DNA of 64,000 bases from Octopus vulgaris (taxonomy: Eukaryota): contig OX597816.1 in assembly GCA_951406725.2 (NCBI GenBank), positions 129,828,001 through 129,892,000 on the forward strand, in the 5' to 3' direction. Made by a program: the position numbers and the translations under genes. The notes beneath the pieces were generated by a model. The model saw only the letters and a program-made list of their open reading frames with translations. It did no database searches and was not told where the DNA came from. Below are positions 10,745 through 23,413 of the stretch, in pieces (within the stretch, counting starts at the first letter, position 1; the number at the start of each line of letters is the position of its first letter).

Positions 10745-12541
10745 TATTTCATTAAAATTTACTATACAGGCATTACAAAGAGGGGACAAACGAGGACAGA
10801 CAAACATAAAAGGGTGAAGAAGCTATGACGATTAAAAAGTTCATTTTATCAAATGATGAATCGTTTAAAAATTTTATGATACACACTGCAACATGCAGTG
10901 TATTCCTTGAAGGAAAGGCATCCGGCCACCAGGGTAGAACCTTACTTTTCTCCCGGGGCTCCACTTACCTGATGCCACTCACTCCCAGTTTTCTTGCCAC
11001 AAGCTTCGATCTTTTATTGAATCTTTCTCGTGACAGGTACCTCTTCTCCAGCCTGATCTTACTACTGAGGTGGTTACTAAAAAAATTAATTTTCCTTTTT
11101 TTCTGGAGTCTTTTTTATTGTTTGTGGTGAGGTGCTGCTCCCCCCCCCCTTTTGTGGGGGATGTGGATGGGGAAGGTTCGTGAGTTCGTTTCCGAACTAA
11201 CGTGAACTCCCCTCGACCACCTCCATGGTGTCGTCAGGGGAAGTTATGCGTTCTGGTGCCACTTTAGGGAGGGTGGATGTATTTGGTGTTGTCGGGGCCT
11301 GTGTGTGCATGGGCTGGGGATTTTGGGTGTCATGTTTGGGGGCGGACACCATAGATAGGGGAGTGGGAATTTTTGTTTCTGCGGTGGTTAATGTGTGTTC
11401 GGGTCCGGGGTATTTTTGAATAGTTGCAGGGCCTGGTGTCTGCGTCACTTTCTTGTGCCATTGCTCACAGTCTATACGAACGTGACCTTTTTACCACATT
11501 TGTAACATTTTGGTTTTTTTCCTTCCGCGTAGATTCTTAACACGATATCTTCACCCAAGAGCACTCAGTCTGGAAGCATTTCGATGTCTTCCTGAGCCCC
11601 CTGGATGATTGCTGAAATGCTCTATCCGAGTTAGTTTTTATGTGCAATGCATGTAATCTATAACATTTTTATTTTGCCATTACTTTCCAAGCTTCAATTT
11701 CAGATGGTACCTCTGCCACCTTTATGCGGGCAGTTCGCCTCCCCATATAGGTTGGCAGAAGCACCACTTACTTCGTTTTCAAGGGGCTCGCCGAGTGCTC
11801 TTCGGCCTTTTATTCATTTTCGAATCTTGTTTCAATCGTGCCATATGTCCGGCCCCTCACTATGTATTTTACATCTTTCCATATGGGGGCCAGACATTTT
11901 TCGATTTTGCACTGCTCAGAGTGCTTAAACGTTTTGGGTGACGGACAGTACGTTTTAAAAACGACTGTCTGCCGTTTTAATTCTTCGATACTGGAGGAGG
12001 GTGATATTTTTATATCCCCTCTTTCCTCCTTCATTCGTTCAAGGAGCTCGGAGAGCTTTTCTTTCGGTAGTGTTACATTTTCACTTACCACCGCGGCAAC
12101 TGCCAAAAACTTTTTCACTGGCTCCTCCAGTTTACTTTTTTTCATGAATTATTTCGACCGACATACTCGGCCGAAATTAATTCTTCACACAAAAAATAAT
12201 TTTTAAAATCCCTAAAAAGGGAAACCTATAATAGGTTTTTTCACCAACAGTTAAGATCCCACTACCCACTGGAGGGAGGGGTGCAACAATAAAGCTTACA
12301 ACAGCTTTTACAAGTTCAATTTTTAAACAAGCAACAAGGAAAGAAACCAACTAACAATTGCCAAAATGGATTCACAAAAATCCAATTTCTGCTTCTCGGC
12401 ACCGGGAAACAGCATAGTTCAAAGTTCAACAATAATCCACTACAATGGCACACGGTTAACAAATCCAATAATGAAAAAATTCAACAATCAACAAAACGTC
12501 CGACTTACAAACAAGCAAAAAACGCGTCCAACACCGGAAAC
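10745..12541 (-). mobile_element. Non-autonomous Tx1/L1-derived retroelement with ORF1 fused to the extreme ORF2 C-terminus (HAL1-like)
   Basis: 15-bp TSD ggaag(t/c)aagcttctt at 10730-10744 and 12542-12556. 5' UTR begins gtttccggtgttggacgcg. ORF1 has a CCHC knuckle. No endonuclease or RT sequence is present. Confidence 0.8.
10960..12145 (-). pseudogene. Disrupted LINE ORF1 (gag-like zinc knuckle) joined to an ORF2-like C-terminal peptide
   Basis: MKKSKLEEP..IWKDVKYIVRGRTYGTIETRF..LLPTYMGRRTARIKVAEVP..IYAEGKKPKCYKCGKK/GHVRIDCEQ (CX2CX4HX4C with a 1-nt frameshift near 11488), then a Pro/Thr-rich linker, then INFFSNHLSSKIRLEKRYLSRERFNKRSKLVARKLG. Several stops and frameshifts. Confidence 0.8.
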
Positions 12542-13559
12542 GGAAGCAAGCTTCTTACCACACAGTCACACATACATATTACTATGTATGTGTTTAATCA
12601 TGCATATTAGTATGTATTTATAGTGTGCGTGCATGACCGTGCCTTGATTCCATTCGCTACTCATAACGAAAGGAGACGTCCCATAGCAAAGTGATATTCG
12701 CCATTATTCTGTCGTCTGTTGAAGCAAGTCTCTAATGTCAGCATTAAACTACTTATATCTCACAATCTTCCTGTCTCTCTATCAGCGGATAATTTCCAAC
12801 TCTTTCAACTTCACATTAACCGCATTAACTTTTCAATCCTGTAGTCTTGGGAAAAGCTAACCTGCATAGGTGCCACCTCATTTGTTTCCCTCCCCTCGTT
12901 TCAGCAACATGGCCCCCGCTGCCTCCCCATTTTTATTCTCTGATCTCTGCATCCTGTTATCAGTAACAAATCTAACACTGTGTGAAATCAGTTATCTTTT
13001 CATCTCGTTATGTGCTGAGGCCAGCATCTTTACTAATTCATCAAAATGAAATCTCTTGACATGCCAATCCCTTTCTATACTCTGTAATAAAACTTTACCC
13101 TTCCTGGGTATTTCGAAATATCTTCAGTTAAGATAATGTTGATAACGACGACGACTAAAACTAATTTCTATGTATAATAGAAAGAATATTTTAGTAGCAA
13201 ACGTGAAGGGTACTAGCGAAGCCCAGTAAATGAAGTACACGGGTGGTGGCCATAGTGTGGTGGAATGAAAATTATCATAGCTCTGCATACATTTGTAATT
13301 CCAAATCCGATGTCTTATCATTGAAGTATTACATGCTTTTCAATAACCGACTATAAGAAAAATAACACAATAGCATTCCAGACACCACAATCCAATGCAT
13401 ACATCCCTCCTCATACACACAGTGAATGTGGAAATGTATATCGTTACACAATCTTTATATTATAATGATGGTGAAGTTAGTTGTTCTGTCATACAACTGC
13501 TGGTTCAGTTCGCAATTCTCCCCCGCCTCACACTGTGTGTGTGTGTGTACATACATGCA

Positions 13560-13790
13560 CAGTGATGCTCCATAAGTATTCATAACGTCTAGAATAAGAC
13601 TGATTTTTTAAAAAATATTCTTTTCATCACTAATCTGTTTGTAATATCTATTGTATTTTATTTATACCTTATCGATATACACAATTTCATTAAATTATTA
13701 ATTAATGTTTACAACAGATAACAATCACAATTAACAAAATTCAAAAAATTAAAAGACGGCGCGTGTGCAAAATTATTCATGACATTTTGT
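13560..13790 (+). mobile_element. Possible Tc1 IR/DR-type terminal repeat fragment
   Basis: cagtgatgctccataagtattcataac resembles Tc1 TIR starts. A related repeat, aattattcatgac, lies about 200 bp downstream. Confidence 0.3.
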
Positions 13791-13963
13791 TTAACAACTA
13801 ATTGCGAAGCTTTTATTATCTATATATTTAATCTTTTTTTTTATATATAATTAGAAACTAATTTAACACACATTTTTAATCAACTTTTGCCTGTCCCTCA
13901 TACGTAACCGTCTATAAAACGTTCAGATTTGGTGGGTATCTTTTCTTAATGTGTTTGGCACCA

Positions 13964-14056
<93 letters not shown>

Positions 14057-16169
14057 AATAAGAAAATGGGGGGGGGACCAATAGGTGGTATTCATCAACT
14101 TTTAGACATTATATTATGTCAATTTATTTATTTACTAAAATGACATTTACAACAATATACATATATGTATAACATTATGCTTTACATATATAATTTATAA
14201 AGATACCAGTAATTATTAAAATATATAGCATACAGGAATAGAAATTGGGAAAATATCTTACAGCTGTTTCAGCCAAGAGGCTAAAATACCTCATTCAACC
14301 TTTATCCTTCAAGTAGACTGAAGTAACACACACACACACATTGGACCGGCGGCGCGCTGCCTCTTTGTGCAATGTACTTCATGTTACGTTGTTCTATTCA
14401 GCCGATAATGAGTAGCAGTCGAGTACAAGCGTAGTTCTCACTTTCTCTAACGTCCTTGATGTTCTGCTGGGCCAAGGTTGAGTGGACCACTACGGCATTG
14501 TCATCTGAAACAACTAGTGAAAGTATTGTACCTACTACCAAGGTCATGCAGGCTCGCGAGTGACGGCTTTGGTTTCATATATGTATATAGTGGGTAAATA
14601 AGATATTGTAGCTGACAGCTGACTTCGTAAGACCAGGTCAAACACAATTCTACTCTACCCAAGTATTATTGTATTGTTTGGAGATAGATATACTCTCCCA
14701 GTTATGTTCTAGCATTTCTAGCTAAGTTCTACTTATGTTGAAAACCAGTCAAGATCCGGCATGATTCATATACTGACAACGGTCGAATCTATTTGAGGAA
14801 TGACAGAAAAGGATTGGATCACTTAGGGCTATACCTAAACAGCTGTGGTAGTGTGCAGAGTAGTGATGGTCATATTTCTGTTTATATTTTGTTGAATGCA
14901 GATATACTGGGTAAGTAGAGATCAGTTCTCTGGCACCTGGGTCGTAAGTACATTTTTCTCTGCAGTTCTTATATTCTGTTCTTGAAGAAAACATAACTCT
15001 AATTTCCTATCGATTATTCCTAATTAATAAACTTTTTTTTATTTGTTTCAAAAATTACTATTTACGTTTTAATTTCTTATTCTGGGTACTTAAAAATAGC
15101 ATTGCATGATATTTGTAACAAGGAGGGACTTTTTCTAATTAATGATACGGTTATAATTCTGCTAAATACTTAATCGTATAAATGTGATTACTGATTATGG
15201 AAATGGTGACATCAGAAAAGCCTGGCAGCCCTTGCCTTATATATTTACTAACCTCGTTTATCAGTACTGCTGTGCACGGCCAAGGTGTGTATTTAATATA
15301 CCCCGCTATGCAATATAGTTGTATGTCTGTTTGGGATACACTAAACTGTACTCTACACATTTTGTGGCCGGCAATTTTCTTTTATAAATACAACTTATTT
15401 ATGCATATGGTTATAATTGTTACTATTTGTGATGCGGGTGGGCTGGCTGGCTGGCTGGTAAGAACGAGTGGAAATGTAACATTTTGATATTTAACAGACT
15501 AGGGGCTTTATATTTTTGTTCTATTTGTTTACCCTTGCAAGTAGTTGTTAAGGATTTATAGTTTTATTTCCAGTACTTCGTTCCTCTCGAAAAAAAAAAC
15601 AATGAATACTTCTGGAATGGATAAGCACTTTGCTGTTGAAAGTTAATCCCCTGCCACTTGCCTGTTGTAACTGGAATGGAGCCGAGATTACTGTTGTATA
15701 TTTTTGTGAGAAAATGGTTACCGAATCTATTGTCTGACAGTTAATTTAGGTCGGTGGGTTGGTAAAAAAACAGCTTCAGTAATTTCAATGCCAGCAGCAA
15801 CTGCTGTTTCTCCTTGCCATATGAGTTACAGGTGTGAACCACCGAGATAGAAGAGTTCAAGATTCTAATCATAGGTTGTTATTAATCTTTAATCGGAAGT
15901 TGAATAACCACCAACTTTGGAGCGTTTTTGCCCGGTAGCATGTTTTTTTTCTGTTTTTGTTTTTAAGGAAGATGCTCATCGGAGTCTCTTGTTGCTTCTT
16001 TCTTATTTTGATAGCTATATTTTGTTCAAAAGAAAAATTTTCTTTAAGAAAACCAGTTTAATCTAAAACGTCGAAATACCATTATTACTGCCGTCATTTC
16101 ACCTGATGTTTATTGAAGTTCAGATGTAATAGAGTGCAGACAAGATGACTGAATGACTATGATATTGAA

Positions 16170-16228
<59 letters not shown>

Positions 16229-16409
16229 CCATGAGTTCAAATCTGCAGCGGATAGTTCATTACTTGTTGATAGAAATTTGCAGAGCTCAAACAAACAGGT
16301 GGACAGCGGCCATTAAAAAGACCGTTGAAGTGTTTTAAGATTGAGCAGTTGATAGCCTTTGGATAAACTTTTGTGACACGATTTGCCAGGATGCGTACGG
16401 ACATTCTTT

Positions 16410-16655
16410 TATGTGTTTCAGTCTTTTGACTGCGACCATGCTGGAACACCACCTTTAGTCGAAGAAATTGACCCCAGGACGGGGTGACACACACACACAC
16501 ATATATATATGTATATATACGACGGGCTTCTTTCAGTTTCCGTCTACCAAATCCACTCACAAGACCTTGGTCGGCCCGAGGCTATAGTAGAAGACACTTG
16601 CCGGAACCATGTGGTTGGGAAGCAAGCTTCTTACCACACACCCACTCCTGCACCT
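16410..16655 (-). mobile_element. Family-A SINE with deletions
   Basis: gacgggcttctttcagtttccgtctaccaaatccactcacaag...ggaagcaagcttcttaccacac. Confidence 0.85.
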
Positions 16656-17664
16656 GTATGTTTATATGTAAGATATATCATAAACTTGTAGGTCATGGGC
16701 AAAAGTTTAAAAAATCTATAGCGGGCCATTCTAAAAAGTTGCTACTGATCCTTTAGTCAGGAATTAGTACCTGACTGTTTGGAAATATTCAGCCTTAAAT
16801 CAGACGCCATCAATCATTTCGGTCTGCTTTGACGTGGGATCAGAACTTGATCTGATTACATGCTGGCCAATGCGACGGCTCGTGTGGGTCAAAACCTATT
16901 AGCTCTAAAGGCATCAATGTTACTTAGGACATCAGTATTTACTAACATGGTGGATGCTCTTATTAGAGCGTATTTGTATTGTATTATTAATATTCATTCA
17001 ATTATCCAATTATTTCTATGTATATTGCAACAAATAATTGGAATTTACAACTCAGTGATTCGGTTAATTAATTCACATTGAATGAATTAGACGTAGCTAG
17101 CCATCACAACTAAGTGGAAATCTTCCTCGACTACAAAATAGATATTTACACAAAATGTAAAAAAAAAATATATAATCATAGTCAATAATAAATAAAAATA
17201 CATTTCATATTTTCAGTTTGAAGGGAAAAGTACTTTTGAAATAGAAATTGCGTTTATCCACTGTACTAAACAAGAGGCTACTGAAATGCAGTTGATTCGT
17301 GAAATCATTTGATTTACGTTAATGTGAAGATCTCCCCTTTCTAATGTAACTTGGGTAGATTTTTTTTTTCCGCCAAAGCTAACACTTCAGGTCTTCTGAT
17401 TCATCACTTATTGTATCGCCAACTGTTCATAATTATTTCTCACTCCGATGCTTCCAATTTTTATTCGTCTGTGTCGTTACTGTTTATTTCCAGCTCCCCA
17501 CTACTTTTACTGTTTTATTTCAATTTTTCTTTCCCTCTCCTTTGTTCTTGCATAGTCATAATATGTTCCTAGGCAAGTCGGCATGACTCTTATGTTAACT
17601 AGTCACACAATGAGATGATTGTTCACACAGTAAACAAAAATAATTACTTTTCCTCATATTTTAT

Positions 17665-18027
17665 GTTTCACAGGATCTAAAACAATACCTTTTTATTTAT
17701 TTATTTTTTTGTTTTTTGTTTTTTGTTTTTTAGCACGCAGCAGTTAGTAATTTCTATCCTGTACATCAAAGCTTCTTTACAGCATATAATAATATTGGTG
17801 ATGTTATCAGAACATATTTGTATTATTTTATTAAGGTTTTTTAAGTAATCCAATCATTTCCGCCTATAATGCCAAAAAAATAATAGGATTTCGCAATCCA
17901 AGAGATCATTCCAAGATGACACTGAAATTACCTATTAATGCCGAAACAATTTATGATTTACAAAGGTGTCATATGGATGTCAACATTTAATTTAGCGTGT
18001 ATCGGCGGTAACGTACATCCATTCTTT
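17665..18027 (+). repeat. Local duplication, copy 1 (about 350 bp)
   Basis: Near-identical to 19789-20122, with an extra T-rich insertion at about 17685-17732. Confidence 0.9.
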
Positions 18028-19107
18028 GAGTACAGATACAAAATGACCGAGTGAATATATTGTTATACTACTAACTCAGGTGCATGGCGTTCCAATCCGC
18101 TACAAATGTCTCATATCTGTGCACATTACACTTAATTTTATATAATTCAATTCATCCTACACAAGGATGAATCAAGAATTTTACAGCAGACCCAAAAGTG
18201 CTGTTCCCATACAAACTCGCTCGGAGCGGGCCGCTTCCTCGCCCCATCTCCTTACTTTCTAGCGACGCTGCTGTCCCTCTATACATTTTTGTTCTCCAAC
18301 AGTCATTTTGTCCCACACAGCTCTTTTTGTCTCGCACTATATTTTTCCCCAGCACTATTTTTTGTGTCTCACGTCATACTTTTCATCTCTCCGCTCCCTT
18401 CTGACTTGCATGTCTTTCATACATCCCTACATAGTATTAATCTAAATTTTCTCATAGACTATAATAAAATAACGCAATTCTGATAACCTACCTACGCACT
18501 TTTAAAGCTAGCATTTTCTCTTTGGTTTTTAATGTTTTAGAACAACTCTTTTCTTCTACAATACTACTTTCTCAACTGTACCTCAATAAAATTCTCTACA
18601 TGTTTAATTCTTCTTTTCAGTCTGTGCGTGCTTTCAGATTATCAAGGAATAGCCTAACCCTTCTTGTAGTCTTCCCATCCCTTCATTTAGTGAACTATAA
18701 TAGTGGTTACAATACACATACATCACGTACACATACAAATTGTGTAGCATTGTTTCGATTATATGTCTTTCAAAGCAAATAATAGTTCATAATACGTTTT
18801 ACTGTAATTACAAGAATACTAAAGCCATTTGTTTTTCATCCATACTTAAAACACGAGCTGCTCATAGAAGATTCGTTCGAGATTCTAAACAATAGCTACT
18901 CGCTTGAAGAAGCCTGGGTGCTTTATATTATCGAACCCGGATTGATGAAGGACAAAGTTGACGTTGGTGAGATTTGAATTCAGATCGTAAAAAAACTAGA
19001 AGTAAATAGGACAAGGTGTTTTATCCAACGCTCTACCACCTCTTCAAATCTACCACCATCTTTATAATAGGATGTAAGATAGTCATTGAAATCTGTAAAA
19101 AATTTTC

Positions 19108-19267
19108 TGGCGCAGACGCGGGATATTAGTTAGACGTTTACTTCCCAGTCATGTGGTTCTGATTCAATCCCCACTGCGTGGCACCTTAGTCAAGTGCCTT
19201 GCTATAGCCTCAGACCGATCAAAACCTTTTGAGTGTATTTGGTAGACGGAAACTGAAAGAAGCCCGT
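19108..19267 (+). mobile_element. Family-A SINE 5' half
   Basis: ccactgcgtggcaccttagtcaagtgcc...ggtagacggaaactgaaagaagcccgt. Confidence 0.85.
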
Positions 19268-19282
19268 TATATTATTTTATTC

Positions 19283-19668
19283 TTTTGTTTCAGTCCTTTG
19301 ACTGCGGCTATACTGGAGCACAGCCTTGAAGTATTTTAGGCGAACAAATCGACTTCAGGATTTCTTCTTTGTTAAGCCTAGTACTTATTCTATCGATCAT
19401 TTTTGCCGAACCGCTAAGTTACGAGGACGTAAACACACCAACACCGGTTGTCAAGTGGTGATGGGGGATATGTTCCAGGACACAAAGAGACACACACGTA
19501 GATATATGCATATATATACGACTGGCCTCTTTCAGTTTCCGTCTACCAAATCCACTCAAGGCTTTGATCGGTTAGAGGCTACAGTTGAAGATACTTGCCC
19601 AAGGTTCCACACAGTGGGACTGAACCCAGAACCATGTGGCTGGGAATCAAGCTTCTTACCACACGACT
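19283..19668 (-). mobile_element. Family-A SINE, near full length
   Basis: Reverse complement matches 63121-63535. Confidence 0.9.
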
Positions 19669-19672
19669 GCGT

Positions 19673-19748
<76 letters not shown>

Positions 19749-19788
19749 ATATATATCCGAATTTGTGTAAATGTGTATAGAATAATAT

Positions 19789-20122
19789 TGTTTCACAGGA
19801 TCTAAAACAAGAGTTTGCACGCAGCAGTTAGTAATTTCTATCCTGTATATCAAAGCTTCTTTACAGCATGTAGTAACGTTGGTGATGTTATCAGAACATA
19901 TTTATATTATTTTATTAAGGTTTTTTAAGTAATCCAATCATTTCCGCCTATAATGCCAAAAAACAATTGGATTTTGCAATCCAAGAGATCATTCCAAGAT
20001 GACACTGAAATTACCTTTTAACGCCGAAACAATTTATGATTTACAAAGGCGTCATATAGATGTCAACATTTAATTAAGGCTAAGCTAGGTGCGTGTATCG
20101 GCGGCAACGTACATCCATTCTT
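19789..20122 (+). repeat. Local duplication, copy 2
   Basis: Near-identical to 17665-18027. It ends where the Penelope element terminus begins. Confidence 0.9.
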
Positions 20123-20124
20123 TT

Positions 20125-21497
20125 ACGTTTTTTTATTATTGTATTAAAATTTTTTTTTACAACGTTGAAGTGTGTTAAACATTAAGAAAAAAATTAAGTA
20201 ATGTTAATAAAGTTCAATTAGCGCTTTCATACGTTCGTAGTAATCATCAGATTTCAAAATGTATTGACTGACAGTTGAGTTGAGTTCTTGACAACTGTAG
20301 TAAAATGACTGAATTTTTCGAATACGGTTTTGATCAATCAGCATGCAACTTAAACGTCACAGTTTGTCGGGTGCACTGATATTACTGGCATAGATCCCGC
20401 CTTTATTTTAATCAATTAGCTTGCGGTTTACATGTAATTGTTTTATGAGTGAGTAAACTTGGTTGGTTTCGATCGTTTTTATTTCAATCGGTGGGAGTCC
20501 TCTGTAATTTGTTTATATTCATATGTTAAAAATATTTTTTAATCCATATCATTAACTGGTTGTTATATTATTGTTGTTATTTCCATTCAGAACAGGTTTT
20601 AACATTTTAATAAAACGTTTTTCTTTCATCTTTCTTCCAACCACACTTGTGTCATGTAGTTTGTGGAAAGGGGAAATTGGAAACCTTTTCTGACCACATG
20701 TTTCTATATGTTCGCTCAACGGAATTCGGCGAATATTAGTGTTCCGGATTTGTTGTCTGTAAATTCATGAGCGTTCCGATAATGCATTCTCTGTCTCGCC
20801 AATGTATTGTTCCTCGCAATTAGGACATTCAATGCAGTAGATCAAATTTCTGCTTTTGCAGTTCATATCTGCATTTATGAAAATATGTCCATATTTTGTT
20901 CTAATGGATCTACCAGTATGCATGTATTGAAACGTTCCACATCTGTTATCATTACTCTTGGATACTGTGAATATTTTATCCTGTTTGTTCATGTTGAATT
21001 TGACCTTTGTTAGATTTTTTAGGTTATGTGGTTGCCTTTCGCTTAAGATAAGTATTTCATTAGTTATGTTTTTTTTAATTCTTCACTTTGTTTCATGATT
21101 GGCAAATTTGCTTTGATGCTGTTAAAAATGTTTTGGTGATACGGATTGTGTGTTACTAGAAATGGTATGGGTTCGTTGATGGGTTCGTCTTTCTCGTGCT
21201 GCTCTAAATTGTTCTATAGGTATCTCTTTTGCTCGTTGTATGCTATTTTCTATAAGTAGGAGAGGGTATTTATGCTTGAGCAGAAATCCATTGAGTTCTA
21301 TAAGTCGTATGTTCCTGTTATTTGGATCGTCTACTACAGTACAAATTTTCCTGGTTAGACAGTACGGGATGTTGCGTTTTGTGTGTGTTGGACGACATGA
21401 TTTGAAATTTAGGTACTGGTGTGTATCAGTGCTTTTGTAATAAATATCAGTTGTGATTGTGGTGGTGTTTTTAATTACCATTATGTCAAGAAATGGT
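20125..21497 (-). mobile_element. 5'-truncated Penelope-like element (RT C-terminus, GIY-YIG endonuclease, terminal repeat)
   Basis: PFLDIMVIK..TDIYYKSTDTHQYLNFKSC.P.HTKRNIPY (PLE RT thumb), then NCKSRNLIYCIECPNCEEQYIGETENALSER (GIY-YIG), then ..EKRFIKMLKPVLN. Frameshifted, with stops. Confidence 0.92.
20213..20259 (-). ncRNA. Minimal type-I hammerhead ribozyme motif in the Penelope terminal repeat
   Basis: Minus strand reads aat-CTGATGA-ttactacgaacgtat-GAAA-GCGC-TA-att: intact core, palindromic GCGC loop, weak stems I and II. Confidence 0.65.
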
Positions 21498-21989
21498 AGA
21501 GGAGAGAAAAAAGTTTACCTTCACTTGTGTATAAACTAAAATTATTATTCTACTTCTACCCACTCTCTTATGCTGACATATCTTGAAGCTGAAAGTAAAA
21601 GATATGGTGAATTCTTAGATATATAATTTCATTAATGTTGACGAGATTATGAGGAGAGGAAAGTTTGCGAACATTCTTAACGCTATAATAATTATTTTTA
21701 TCATTCAGTTTCGACACACCGGAAGACTTTGCTGGTAATTATTTCATTAATGACTTGTTTTCTGTACACGTGGTTACATTTCTTACATTTTCTTCAAATT
21801 AAATAGTAGCAAAAAGAGATGAGAAAAGAAAAACGAGAGTATTATAACCTACTCCATATTTCCGTACACTTTTTGTTTCCCATAAAGTATTATAAGACTT
21901 CAAGATAGAGCTTTTCCTAAATTCCGCCGATTCTTCCAACGTTTCGTTACAGTTAGTTACTATGAATTACTCAATGTGTTTATTATTGG

Positions 21990-22048
21990 TGACATGATTA
22001 TAAAATTCATAAATTCAATATATTTTTTCTTTTTCTTTTTAGGTAAGT
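21990..22048 (+). promoter_or_regulatory. Candidate recursive splice site (3' acceptor fused to 5' donor)
   Basis: ttttttctttttctttttAG|GTAAGT with AG at 22041-22042 and no AG in 21957-22040. Confidence 0.45.
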
Positions 22049-22369
22049 AAAAATTCAGACTTTCGATTCATTCTAACAAAGAACAGTGAAAAGGTCAGTT
22101 GTGTATGCTTCGTTACATATGATATCATTTGTTTTTCTTCCCTCTGAAACAATTATTGCAATCCTCTCTTTATATTCCCTGGAGCCATTTGCGATTAGTT
22201 GTCCCACTTTTCTTACACGCATTTCCCACCAAGCAAACATAATGTACCAACATTTGCAATTTTGATGTCTGCCAGCTGAAGCTGTTTCTGTACAAAAGAT
22301 ATATATATATATAATCACCGGCGGTGCCCCAGCATGGCCACACCCTTAGGGCTGAAACATATAAAAGAA

Positions 22370-22535
22370 TAGGTGCAGGAGTGACTGTGAGATAAGAAGT
22401 TTGCTTCGCAACCACATGGTTCCGGGTTCAGTCCCACTGCATGACACCTTGGACAAGTGTCTTCTACTATAGCCTCAGGCCGTCTAAAGCTTTATGTGTA
22501 GATTTGATGGACGGAGACTTAAAGAAGCCTGTCGT
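22370..22535 (+). mobile_element. Family-A SINE 5' half (a 3' tail fragment lies just upstream at about 22320-22368)
   Basis: aggtgcaggagtgactgtgagataagaagtttgcttcgcaaccacatggttccgggttcagtcccactgc. Confidence 0.85.
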
Positions 22536-23291
22536 ATATATATATATATATATAAATATATGAGCGAGAGAGTAAGAGGTAGAAATTTCTTCTAAAGAAT
22601 TTTTACCAAAACTTATCAGTTACTACGATGACAACACTATCTATCTATCTTTCACCCTCTCTCTCTCACTCTCTCTCTGTATTTGTCTATCAACGGCAAT
22701 TTTTTCTCCACCTCCTCTTCCTTCCTATATATGTTGTAAGAGACAGGCAGATGGAGATAGGCTTGACTTTTATAATCTAAGATGTTAGCGGGTGCCTCGG
22801 CGAAATCATTTGACTTGCAAAAGTAAGTTAAAATTTCCTCATATAACACTGGCGTGTAAAAAGGGAGAAGGTATATCGTATAATATAGTCGTTTGTACGT
22901 GATGCCTTATGCGAAGAAGTCATGGATGGAGTACTGTTGATTATAGGAATCTCATGGAATTAATTACAATAATAGGGCTTGTACAAGTCACTGAAACTAG
23001 GACCAGCTAATCTGTTGAATTCGACAATCTTTGGTGTTGGGTAAAAAATGGGTGGGGAAAAAATTAAAAGGTTTAAGCATCTGTTTTGAATACCAATCAA
23101 TAAGATAGTTTAAACACTCAAATTTCTATAACTTTGTTTTCATTATCTCCATAACTTCGAAAGCACAAAAACACGTCGGGCCTCTTAAATACGCCACTCT
23201 TGGGATCTGAGTCATTGCCGAACCACGGGAAAATGCCGGGAAACAGAAATTGATTCCGAAGGAGAGCCCTTATTTAAACATTGTCTTGTCA

Positions 23292-23413
<122 letters not shown>

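Noticed and set aside
16237-16410. ILANRVTKVYP..GLFNGR peptide resembling LINE RT
   Set aside because: Too short and degenerate to call. Neighbouring 12640-13100 and 14350-15900 may also be old LINE debris, but I could not recover motifs.
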